NCBI RefSeq assembly: GCF_964355755.1
Contig: NC_092673.1
Span: 31,555,648-31,619,647 of the forward strand
Length of the DNA: 64,000 nucleotides
Direction of reading: 5' to 3'
From: Antedon mediterranea
Taxonomy: Eukaryota > Animalia > Echinodermata
Below the pieces are notes generated by a model. That model did no database searches. It worked only from the letters and a program-made list of their open reading frames with translations, and had not been told where the DNA came from. This document shows positions 36,967 through 48,300 of this stretch, piece after piece (within the stretch, counting starts at the first letter, position 1; every line of letters starts with the position of its first letter). A program made the translations under genes and the position numbers.

Positions 36967-37877
36967 TACATAACTTTTTTGTTAAAATGGACATAACATC
37001 AACAATTAACTTCAGGATAGTTCTATAACATACCTTTATTAAGTAGTGTGTTACTTGCTATTGTGCTGAGACGATCTGCAAACCTCTGTATTTTGTCTGG
37101 ATCATCTGTTAATACTTGCTTCTCCAGATGGAGAACTGCATCCCATACATTGGAGAAGTTATATTTTGTCAAGTCATAGTAAGCAGTAACATAACGTAAT
37201 GAATCTGGGTCAAACTGATTCAGGGCCTTGAACAGTCGCTTCCTGTACGGTGACAACTTAGCTTTACCAGTATCTCTATTCTGAATGTTGTTGTCTGTAA
37301 TATACTTTGATACAAGATTTTTGGCCTGTTGGATTTCAGATGTATTTGTAATCTCTAACAGCAAGTTAACATGAAACCTTTGTCTTCAAGTGCATTGAGT
37401 AAGTTATGTCCATTGAAATTTTGATTTGTAATGTAACTGACATCCAACTTATCAAATAGTAAGAATCTCAGCCAACGGTATCTATCACCATCAAAGTACC
37501 TACTGAGACTAGCTTTTAGGTCTCGAAAATTGTTCAAAGATTCAGAATCTGCCATTGTGTTTCCTGCAAATAAAATTACAGAAAATTACTGAAATACTGA
37601 AAAGCTTTATTTGTCCATTATCATAATAAAATAACAATAGAAATTTTTCTTAAAAATTGGCAAATATTAATATGATAAAAAATCATATGAAATGCATATG
37701 GACATTTTCGTGTCTCATTATCCAGATATAACAAATGCCCGCTTCTTCTATATCTAACTTGTCTGCTTAATTCTTAAATAATAATGGCTTTACATGTTTT
37801 TTTTTTCTTAGCACAACGCTTCTTTGTGCCTTTTTGCTTGCTTTTATGTGTAATTCTTAAATTGTTTAATATTTAAA

Positions 37878-38563
37878 CAGAGGAAGAAAGGGAAATAGTA
37901 ATCAAAGCCAAGAATACACTACTATTCAACGACAAGACAGCTTGGTGCAAAAAGAACAACACATTCGATGTTACTATGGGTAGCTATGACGGTGCTGAAA
38001 CATGCGAGTTAATTGGTCTGTTTCTGCTAGCCAAACTAGAACCTAAATACGGTAATAACATAGGATTGTACAGGGATGACGGACTCGCGGCATTTAATGA
38101 AACTCCTCATGTTATTGAAAAAAAAAAAAAAGATCTCTGCAGCACATTCAAAGAACATAATCTAAAGATAACGATCGAAGCGAATAAGAAAATTATAAAC
38201 TAACTAGATGTAACGCTTAATCTCAACGATGGAAGCTATAAGCCTTACTTGAAGGAAAACAACAGACCACGCTACGTTCATTGCAAAAGTAATCATCCAG
38301 CATCAATAATTAAGAACATCCCTGAAGGCATAAACAAAAGATTATCAAACATTTCTTCGAATGAAACTGTTTTCAATGAATCAAAGAAACCGTACCAAGA
38401 AGCCTTGTATGAAAGTGGATACGACCACAATCTGAAGTACAATCCGACCAATACCAGCGCGCAAAATAGCATGAAGAAGACAAGGAAAAGAAATATCATC
38501 TGGTTCAACCCGCCTTACAGTACCAACGTGAAAACCAAAATAGGGCACGAGTTCTTAAAGACT
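37878..38563 (+). mobile_element. Penelope-like retroelement RT fragment (resumes at 41371-41430)
   Basis: [56 protein letters not shown]; one in-frame stop at 38201; continuation ECFPHNHELRKIFNRNT after the LINE. Confidence 0.85.
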
Positions 38564-41370
38564 TAGGATTGATGGGTTTACATTATTCAGAGGTGATAGA
38601 ACGGTTAAATCCGGAAAAAATAGAGGATGTGGTGTTATGGCATATATAAGCGAAAGGTATTGTCACCCAAATAATGTGCATCTAAAGAAAAACAGCTGCT
38701 CGCCTAACGTTGAAATAATGGTACTCTCAATACGTCCGTTCTACATACCGAGGGAATTTTCACATGTTGTTTTAGTGGTTGTATACTGTACATACCAAAC
38801 AAAAATCTGGCCAAGGAAGCACAAAGAGAACTAACCGTAGTTATAGCGGAAATTGAAACGGCTTCCCCTGACGCATATATTGTAATAAATGGAGACTTTA
38901 ATCATTGTACCCTAAAAAAGAGTAGCGTTTACTATTACCAACATGTGAAGTGCAGCACGCGGGAATCTGTTACCCTTGACGTATGTTATTCAAACGTAAA
39001 ACACGCATATTTAGCAAGAAAATTGCCGAAACTTGGTAAATCTGACCATAATTTAATTATACTACAACCCAAGTATCGTCCATTAGTACAACGGCAGAAA
39101 CCCAGGGTAATTACTGTAAAGAAGTGGACTCAAGATGCAATAGAACAGCTGAAATGCGAATTTGAAACTACGGACTGGAGTGTTTTTACGGAAAATTCAA
39201 ACGGGTCAGACGAGGTAACGGAAGCGGTCAGTGCATATATTAACTTTTGTACTGAAAATGTAATACCAAAAAGGAAAGTAAAAATCTACGGAAACCGTAA
39301 ACCATGGATAAATAGGGAGGTGACAGATGTTATTAAGAAAAAGAGACAGGCCTTCGATCGAGGTGATGTAAATGAACTAAATAAAATCCAAAAGGAACTT
39401 AAACGAGTAATACGTAAAAGTAAACTAAAGTACAAACGTGAAATAGAAGAACATTTTGTAGGTAATGATATGAGTAAGGTTTGGAGGGGAATGAGGCAAA
39501 TGAGCGGATATGCAAAATCGCCACAAGGAAGTGGAATTGTGTCAAATTTGACTAAACAATATGCTAATGAATTAAATACTTTTTTTAATAGGTTCGATCG
39601 CTATAATTTTTCTGATGAACAGATCTTAATCAAAAGTAGGTTGGCCTTACCAGATGAAAGGGGTTTTGACCTTAAGACAAATGCGGATGAAGTTACCAGC
39701 CACTTTAAAGGTCTGAAAGCATCCAAATCAGCTGGACCAGACCAAATTCTACCCAAAGTTCTTAAATTATGCGCAACCCAATTGGCAGATATTTTTGTAT
39801 ATATTTTTAACTTGATTTTTGAAACACAAACCTTGCCAGAATCCTGGAAAACGTCATGCATCATCCCAATCCCTAAACGACAAAATATACAGTGTTATAA
39901 CGATCTTAGACCTGTTGCGCTAACATCCGTCCCAATGAAAGTCTGTGAAAAGATTGTTCTAAAAAGCCTGAAACCATTAGTTGCAGATTTTTTGGACCCA
40001 CATCAGTTCGCTTATCGGAGAAACAGGAACACTGAAGACGCATTAATATACAAAAATGAAAAAATGTATGCCCGTCTTGACAATTGGAGAACATCCCCGT
40101 CTGTTAGGATTATGTACTTCGACTTTAGTTCAGCTTTTAATACCATCCAACCACACATTTTAATTAATAAGTTGTTCGGCATGAATATCCCCAATTTACT
40201 AATTTCGTTCGTTTTTAACTTCCTCGTTGGACGTCTCCAGTTTGTTAGGCTAAATCAAAATGTCAGATCGGACATTATTCGGACAAATACGGGAGCACCA
40301 CAAGGTATTGTACTTGCACCGTTTTTGTTCACATTGTATACGTCAGATTTCCAACCTAGATTCCCGGACTGTCCAGTAATTAAATTTGCAGATGATTCTG
40401 CTATGATAGGTTTAATAAAAGAGGATGACGATACAAATTTCAAATCTGAAATAGTTAGGTTTACGAAATACTGTGATGAAAATTTCCTGGAACTTAATGT
40501 AGCAAAAACCAAAGAAATGCGAATAGATTTCCGCCGTAAAAAAAGAAGGGAAATTGAGCCTGTCCAGATTAAAGGACATGAGGTAGAAATCGTTAAAACA
40601 TATAAGTATCTTGGGGTAACGTATGACAATAATTTATCATGGGGAGAGCATGTAGATCAACTAATTAAAAAATTAAATACTAGACTGTACTGTTTGAGGA
40701 AAATGAACGTTTTTAGGGTAAGGGAAGAGATACTTACTATGTTTTATTCATCTGTTATTTTTTCAATCTGGGATTATTGCCTATTAGGCTGGGGTGGGAA
40801 CATAAACAAAGGAGATAAGGGCCGCATATGTAAAGTGTTAGAAAGGGCATTAAGAGTGATTGGCTCGTCGGCGCTGACAGCGGACTCAGTCTACGATTGT
40901 CACTACGGAGAACGATTGAAAAATGGTTTACAGGCGGTCATGGAGGAGGAAAGCCACCCCCTTCATTCGGATCTTCTTCGCTGCCACATTGGTAGAAGTG
41001 GTAGACTGAGGCCGGTGTTGGCGCGGACGGGTCGATACTCAAATTCGTTTCTCCCAGCTGGGATTAAAAAATTTAACGATGACTTTAAGAGGTAACTACA
41101 ATAATTTTGATAACAATAATAAATAATATAATATAATAATTAATAAGACACTTTTTAAACCGTTTTTAATGATCTGTATTTTTAACTTAAATATTTTTGA
41201 GCTGTAATTTTATGATGTACTTTTTTAATCATTGTGTATTTTTATATTGTTATTCTACATTTTATACTTTATTTTTATACGATATTTTTATACGATATTT
41301 TTATGTGATAAGTGAGCAAATGCAATTTCCAGTTTATTTGGACAATAAAAGTTATCTGTATCTGTATCTG
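38564..41370 (+). mobile_element. Rex-Babar-like LINE, 5'-truncated, with long open RT ORF
   Basis: Partial APE endonuclease (GDFNH, LGKSDHN), ORF 38945-41095 with LRPVALTS, FDFSSAFNTIQPH, GAPQG, KFADD, YKYLG; (TATCTG)n tail at 41353-41370. Confidence 0.9.
38945..41095 (+). CDS. LINE ORF2 reverse transcriptase (716 aa open frame; endonuclease portion upstream is frameshifted and truncated)
   Basis: ORF track plus RT motifs listed for the element. Confidence 0.8.
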   Translation: MKCSTRESVTLDVCYSNVKHAYLARKLPKLGKSDHNLIILQPKYRPLVQRQKPRVITVKKWTQDAIEQLKCEFETTDWSVFTENSNGSDEVTEAVSAYINFCTENVIPKRKVKIYGNRKPWINREVTDVIKKKRQAFDRGDVNELNKIQKELKRVIRKSKLKYKREIEEHFVGNDMSKVWRGMRQMSGYAKSPQGSGIVSNLTKQYANELNTFFNRFDRYNFSDEQILIKSRLALPDERGFDLKTNADEVTSHFKGLKASKSAGPDQILPKVLKLCATQLADIFVYIFNLIFETQTLPESWKTSCIIPIPKRQNIQCYNDLRPVALTSVPMKVCEKIVLKSLKPLVADFLDPHQFAYRRNRNTEDALIYKNEKMYARLDNWRTSPSVRIMYFDFSSAFNTIQPHILINKLFGMNIPNLLISFVFNFLVGRLQFVRLNQNVRSDIIRTNTGAPQGIVLAPFLFTLYTSDFQPRFPDCPVIKFADDSAMIGLIKEDDDTNFKSEIVRFTKYCDENFLELNVAKTKEMRIDFRRKKRREIEPVQIKGHEVEIVKTYKYLGVTYDNNLSWGEHVDQLIKKLNTRLYCLRKMNVFRVREEILTMFYSSVIFSIWDYCLLGWGGNINKGDKGRICKVLERALRVIGSSALTADSVYDCHYGERLKNGLQAVMEEESHPLHSDLLRCHIGRSGRLRPVLARTGRYSNSFLPAGIKKFNDDFKR

Positions 41371-42344
41371 TATGAATGTTTTCCACATAACCATGAGCTA
41401 AGAAAAATATTTAATAGAAACACCATTACCTATATGAATATCTAACCCACAAAATCGTAATTTGCATAATGAAAATAAGATACACTATCTGTGAGTAGTG
41501 CGCATGCTTTATGAAAAATTACACAACAAATAACAATTCATATGAACAATAAAAACATGTATAGTTTAATTTTTTATTTTAAATTGTTTTATTAGCTTGA
41601 CAATGACAAATCAATTTAAACTGTATATAATGTATATAAACATTTATTATTTTGAAGTTATCAGGTTAAAATTGAAAATTAAAGTAAATGACAAAAAAGT
41701 CTACAGGGTACTAGAAAATTAATGAATACAATTTTTTTTGTGGGTGACAATAAATCTTTAATAGATTTCAGTAAACAGGAGTAAATCCGACAGTAGCCCT
41801 AGTGCAGTGCCTGTCCTGCCTAATTTAAACTGCAAAATTAACTATCAGTAGTTGTAGTTATTTTATTTGGCTACAATTCTTCAAATGAACTGTAAACTGT
41901 AGATTTTAATTCTTTGTAAGAATTGCTTTGTTTAAATTACATGGGTTTCAGTATTTTAGAATATCTGTTTTAAAATGTCATAAATCATATCATATCAACA
42001 TATTATTTTTGCACATAATTTATGCCACTAGAAGATGCAGTCTCTCAAATTCTGGCAATTTAAACATATGAGGTAAGTTAATAAAAAATGTGTCTTGCAC
42101 ATGCATGTGTACAACACATTATGAATAATTCACGAAAATCTTCAGGAGGCTTTGTCAATTTTGCAATTGTATTGCAATTTGCTGGTGCTGTAATATCAAC
42201 AAAAATTGATAAATTCATTTTAATTTTTCAGATTCATGATAGACAATGCACCTATAATTTCTTGTTTTATGTGAATAAATAAACTTTAAATGCATTGTTT
42301 TAAATGGGTAAAATATTTAAGTAGATAGAAATTGAATATTGGAT

Positions 42345-45300
42345 TCATTCTGCTAGTTTGAATGTTCGTATAGCTTCTTCTATTTTCTTCAATTCGTTTT
42401 CTGTCTGCAGCATCTGAAAAAACAAAAGTGATATTCTAAGATACGATTCGAAAATTCTAAACAAGTGGAAAAAACTTCTGTGTTAAAACAGTCTGCGACA
42501 AGCATTGAAACCAGATGAAACTGTTTTCACATAAAAGTGATATACCATATTTATTTGCCTCAGGGTGTTTATTCAAGGTGGGTGTTTATTCAAGGGAAGC
42601 GTTTATTTTTGTGAGTGCAGTATGGTAACATCTATAAACACATGATCCACAGTGCTTGTTTTATATTTTTAAATAACATTTTATCATTATACTTTAAATA
42701 ATTAAATGTCATTTTTATATGTTGTATTGTTGTATGTTGTTGTATTAATTGTTATTTTAATATTGTAAATTCAACAATGTTTAATTTGTTGCAATAAAGA
42801 ATTTAAATTATATAATCAAATAAAAATTCCCCTAGATATAAAAAAATACAAAGTCAAATAATATTGATCAAGAAGTGATTAAATACAGTAAAAATATATA
42901 TATATAAAAATTCTTGGTAGATTTTAGATCATGTCAATGAATACAACAACAAATAAAAATGTGTAATATTGTTTTATTCGAATTTGATTATATAAAGCAT
43001 ATAAGAATGTGTTGTAATACAATATTGTTGTATTCGAAGGCAGGGGTTGGGGGGGGGGGGGAGGAGGAGGAGGGTCAATTATATAAAGTAGGGCATTTAT
43101 TCAAATAAATATGATTGTTCAACAGACTATTTCAATATATTAAGTCCTGTCTGCATTTAATCTGTAAATGAGAATTCCATGGTTTCAATATTCAAGACAG
43201 TTTTTTCATTACTTTTTCAGGTCCCACACAATGGAATAACCTAGATACAGCCACTATTAACGTTAAATCAATTAAACTTTTTAGAAGAAATATGAAAATG
43301 CAATGGTTATCAAAGTATCAGTCAGATGACTGACAATTATTTGCGCAATCTTTAGTTTTTTAGTATTTTATATTGGTTTGTTTTCATTTTTGTTGTTGTT
43401 TCTTTTTGCTTGTTTTTTATTTGGGGTCATTATGAGACAAGTATTTTTACTTCTAATCTTGATCCCCTATTTATGGTCTTTTGTTTATCATTAATTGATT
43501 ATATTGTATGTATTTTGTTTACATCTGTATTGTTATACATTAATGTATTAATTTGACCATATTCACAAATAAATATATATAAATATAAACTGATTTTTCA
43601 ATTTTTTGCAAGCAGTTTGTGGTATTGTTTACATTGCCTCTATTTGCAAACATGAAAATTGAAGATTAAGTAAATCAGACTTTGAATATGTTATTTTGTA
43701 GTTTTAATAAAGTTAATCACTTTCGTAGAAAAAAAATACGAAAAAAAATAATGTTTTCACTTATAAAATGACAAAATAAATGGTTAAATTCAACCAAAAA
43801 TCCATTGGCTGGCAGCCAATTTGACCATTTTTTGCTTTAAATTACATTTTTTTAATTACAATTACAATTAATAACCTTTTCAGAGTTCGTTGTTCTAACT
43901 TTCTCGGGAACTTTACTTTCGTAGTCGGCTTTGGCCATTGTTTCTTGTAGTTTTGTGTTTTGCTCCATCAACCGCTGTTTCTTCTGCTCCAACTTTCCAA
44001 TTTCTTTACCAACATCAACAATACCCTATAATCAAAGAAATCACCAAAAAACAGTAAAATAATAAATATCTGAATGAGAAAAAAACATTATTGATAGATT
44101 GATTCATAATACAGTATCTTTAATCGTATGAATATTTTTATTTAATGGATCTTTCTGATACACTGGGCAGGGAAAGTGAGCCGAATCTTTGGACTCTGGA
44201 TAACAACCTGTATTAAAAAGAAAAGATTAAATATATATAAATACACAGGGTTAAATATCAGATGAGAAAGAAAAAATAGACAGTAGAAACTTTTACGTAT
44301 AAATGATTGATGGCATCATTTCTTAGTAATTTATTACAAAAATAGTGTTATTTTCTTACACTGAGGGTACAATTTAACAACAACTACAGTAGCTAGTGAC
44401 CGCTGCATGCTGGAAGTAAAGTAGGCAAACATGGCAGCCTTAAATTAACTACGACCTATGTAATTGGGGGTCAATTTAAGGGCAAATTAACGAAAACCCA
44501 TGTTTTACATATATCTTTCGGTCCCGTAAAATACTGTATGTATAAGTGTGTTTTTAACCTTATGTGAATCTAATGTGTACCTTTAACATCAGGTGAATCT
44601 GGCACTTATCCGACACAGTCATCATGGCGCATCCAACTGGAGGTTGTTCGTTAATGAGCGTTTTGACATTGGATGAGTAGGTCAATGTTTTAATTGTGTC
44701 TGTGAACTCCTTAACCAGAGTCACAACATTTTCATCGGAAGTTTCCAAGTAAACTATAAAAAAAAACAAAAACAATAAAATATCATATACCAAAATATAA
44801 TATTGTTGTGGGTGATAAGCTCACCTATCTTGAACACAAAATCGGGTAAGACTTATGTAAGGACCAACAAATTTATTTATTGTAGTTTCACATCAGTATA
44901 TATCTGCGTAAAGTTGTGCATCAGTACAATAAAGCATTCCCACTAGATACGCAATGCAGCATTGATGCAAAGTGCTGTATTGTGTAATCAAAAGTGGGAA
45001 CCGACGACGGAACAGTGTGCAAACATCGCAGGTTTATTTCACAAAGACAGGGACAAGCACAATTATTGGAAGGGCATTTTCTTATGTTGCATAGGTTATG
45101 TTACGTTGAACTAAGCATTAGTAAAATGGTTCAAATATATTTTTATGCACAAAAAATTTATTATTTTATTTTTAGGAACAGAAATAACCATAGATGGAAT
45201 AAGGGCTTTGCTCTAAATTACAGTTTCGTCGGGAAAATAATTTTTTTTCTCAATCTAATTTTTAGTCAAAGTAAATACTATTATGTGACATAAAAATTTC

Positions 45301-48300
45301 ATATTTAACAGAAAGATAATTTTTTCAGGTATTTTTTTACTGGTATTCTTAAATAGCTTTAAAAAGGTGTTGGTTTTCTGGAAAATAAGAAATTACTAGT
45401 ACGTACCATCTGCCTTTGTTTTGACAAGATTATAGTCTGCTCGAAGTGATCTTATTTGTTTGATAACAGACTGGACAAACTCAACATCTGTGTCTAACTT
45501 CTCATTGCTGAAAGGGCACTGAAACCAAAATGATAGCACACGGGTTATAAATGATAGCACACAGGTTATAAATGATAGTCTGCTCGAAGTGATCTTATTT
45601 GTTTGATAACAACCTGAACAAACTCAACATCTGTGTCTCTCATTGCTGAAAGGGCACTGAAACCAAAATGATAGCACATAGATTATAATGGTACTACAAT
45701 TGAGATAATTTAATCTTAGTTTGTAAAATGTTTAAGTAAACTAGAAATGACACATGTATCCCAGGATGGGCTTATACCTGTATGGAGAAATCCCTTACAT
45801 CTTTAGTTTCTGAGTATCATGTAACACATATACCCCAGGGTGGGCTTAAACCCGAATCAGTATAAAATGTAACAATAGAAATTCCTTACATCTTTAGTTT
45901 CTAGATATTGAGTGGCACATATACCCCAGGGTGGGCTTAAACCTGATTCAGTACATAATTATGTATATCAAGTAAGCCCCTTTCTCACAGATGTGCCTGC
46001 AATATACCGGTACAGTGCTGGCGTCGTGCCGGTATCGTTACCGGCATATACCCATTCTCATCGGACTATCGTGCCGGAAATATAACCGGTATATACCGGC
46101 TTTCTGTGAGAAAGGAGTCGGGCATATTCGGCCAATAAAAAGTCTCTGACAAAATAATTATTGAGGGCGTCCTTTATTGTTATTATTTTTGTCTAGCGAT
46201 GATATGGCGGCGAATGTCAAGTTACAGATTATTATCTTCCTTTATAGCATATTTATGCAATACATGCTATGTACAGTATATTGTGCATATATTATACAGG
46301 TATAGCAATTAATTTGCCGTCATCGGCAATCTGTAAAACACCTTAGAAGGCTGTAGGCCTACAATTTACAAGGCGACGAAAGGTCAGGCACCAACAAACA
46401 AAGAGCCAAGCCTAATGCCATGGCCTAGCCTAGCGGCCTATAGATTATGCTACAAATTTCTTCTTGTCCCCTTATTTTAAGCAGCTCTCTTATCTCATTA
46501 TCCCTCCAGTTCGACATTATTATTGTTAATTGAATTGAATAGGCGCCAAAGTGATACACTTGACTGCGCAAGGTGTCAAAGCCTCGACGAGGAACCCCGG
46601 AATATAACGGCGATACGTTCTCACAGAATGCCCGTCTGGCATTGCGGGGAATATCCCTAGAATATTACTAGGTCTGAAGCAGGTCATGTCGATGCCGGCA
46701 TGGTGCCGGCATGATGCCAAGACGACCCGTTCTCACAGAAAACCATACCGGCATGGTAATGGTATATTCCCGCAATATTCCTGGCACACAACTCTGTGAG
46801 AAAGGGGCTGTAGTGTAATACAGAGAAATCTCTTACATCTTTAGTTTCTGGATATCGTGTGATGCATATACTAGGCGATTCTCCAGCAGTTCGTCGTGGT
46901 AACCGTTGGAAGAGTTCTTCCGAGATGAATGGCATGAACGGGCTAATGAGTCTAAGGCCGATATCAAGGCACGTATACAGAACCTGGCGGACAGAGTCAA
47001 CACGCGCTTCATCACCGCTTTGTACAACAGGCTTCATGTATTCCTAGTAAAATAATAATACATAGAGTATTGTATTAGAACTCATATAAGGGGGAAGGGG
47101 GGCGGAAACCCAAAAAATAATAGGGTGTCCCCAGAGAAGGGGTTGGCCGTAGTAGTAAAACACCTTAATAGGAGGTATCCCGAAAGTCATAGGTGTAATT
47201 GTGTACCTTGAGTTACTGTAGTCTTGTGTAAAATTAATATATTATTTTTATATTTGTTATCCAGCGTTTCCCTAAAACTGGTTTTTCTGGAGTAAGTTGG
47301 TTACCAACAGAATGAAGCATGATGGTGTTACATAATGAACAATTGCCTAGTAGAAGTAAGCAAGGTCTGCTCATTTAATAACATTAAACAAAGGGTATAG
47401 ATTGATTTCATACATAGTTTATTCCCAATGAAAATAAAATATCAACCTAGCACAAGACTACAGTAATTCAAGGTAGACTATTACAATTTTAGATGTAGTA
47501 ACATATTTATTTTTTTTCTAAACTTACAATAGAAATAGAACAGTCTTTTAGATAAAATCTTTACATCTCAACGATTACAAGCATCGTCTTATATAAGTCA
47601 AAGATGCTCTCCAGGTGGAATGACATTCGAAGATGAGTAGTAGTATTAGTCTTGTTTATTTTTAATTAGGTTATATGTAATTTTACTTTCTATGAACCAG
47701 AGATTCCGAAAAAAAAATATTGAATGAATGAATGAATGAATAAGTGCATTCAAACAAACAAATCTAATTATATTTTGAAATATATAAATATAGAACACTT
47801 ACCAAATAATAATCGCATAATTCGTACTGCCAAAAGTGATGTATAGCAGTGGTGATGGAGGAGAAATCAAACAGAGGCCAACCAACTTCACACACTTGTA
47901 CAGCATTTGACAACCGGCTTAAAATCCACAGATCCATGGGGCCTTCAAGACCACACAGCTACAATAAAAATATTGATTCATTAACAGGAGTTAGCAGCTT
48001 GGGATAAACCAGTCATTTGTTATTCTAAAGCTGATAGTACAGAGCTTTAGATTATTCTCCCTTCTATTCTAATAAAGTTATGAAATATTAAAAACTGTAA
48101 TACTTTTACTATACTTAAAGTTTCAATCACAACTGTCTATTTGGAAACAACTTAAAAACCTTGAAAAATATTTTATTCCATTTGAAATATAAAAACATGC
48201 ACATCCACACTGCAATGATTGAAAATTTTAAATAAGCAAAATTGCATTTATATTATAACTAGATAATTCAATCATTTATAATATACCTCAAATTTAGCTT

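Larger units (their letters stand above)
30190..37563 (-). pseudogene. Gene with two tandem death-effector-domain (DED)-like pairs joined by phase-1 micro-exons; frameshift in the first DED exon
   Basis: Exons 37034-37563 (MADSESLNNFRDLKASLSRYF...LLNALEDKGF / frameshift / VNLLLEI...LSPYRKRLFKAL...VWDAVLHLEK), 35707-35742, 35226-35267, 33638-33667, 31303-31356 and 30190-30719 (YRKLLVEVS...LLKFIL...DPFELFELL...ISRSNVDVL...RQKLIEFG...VWALMFELEKNG...LLKDIDLDR). All junctions GT-AG, phase 1. DED call is from by-eye motif resemblance (yR.Ll..i, LKF, lf.lLe..g.is..nv.lL). Confidence 0.65.
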
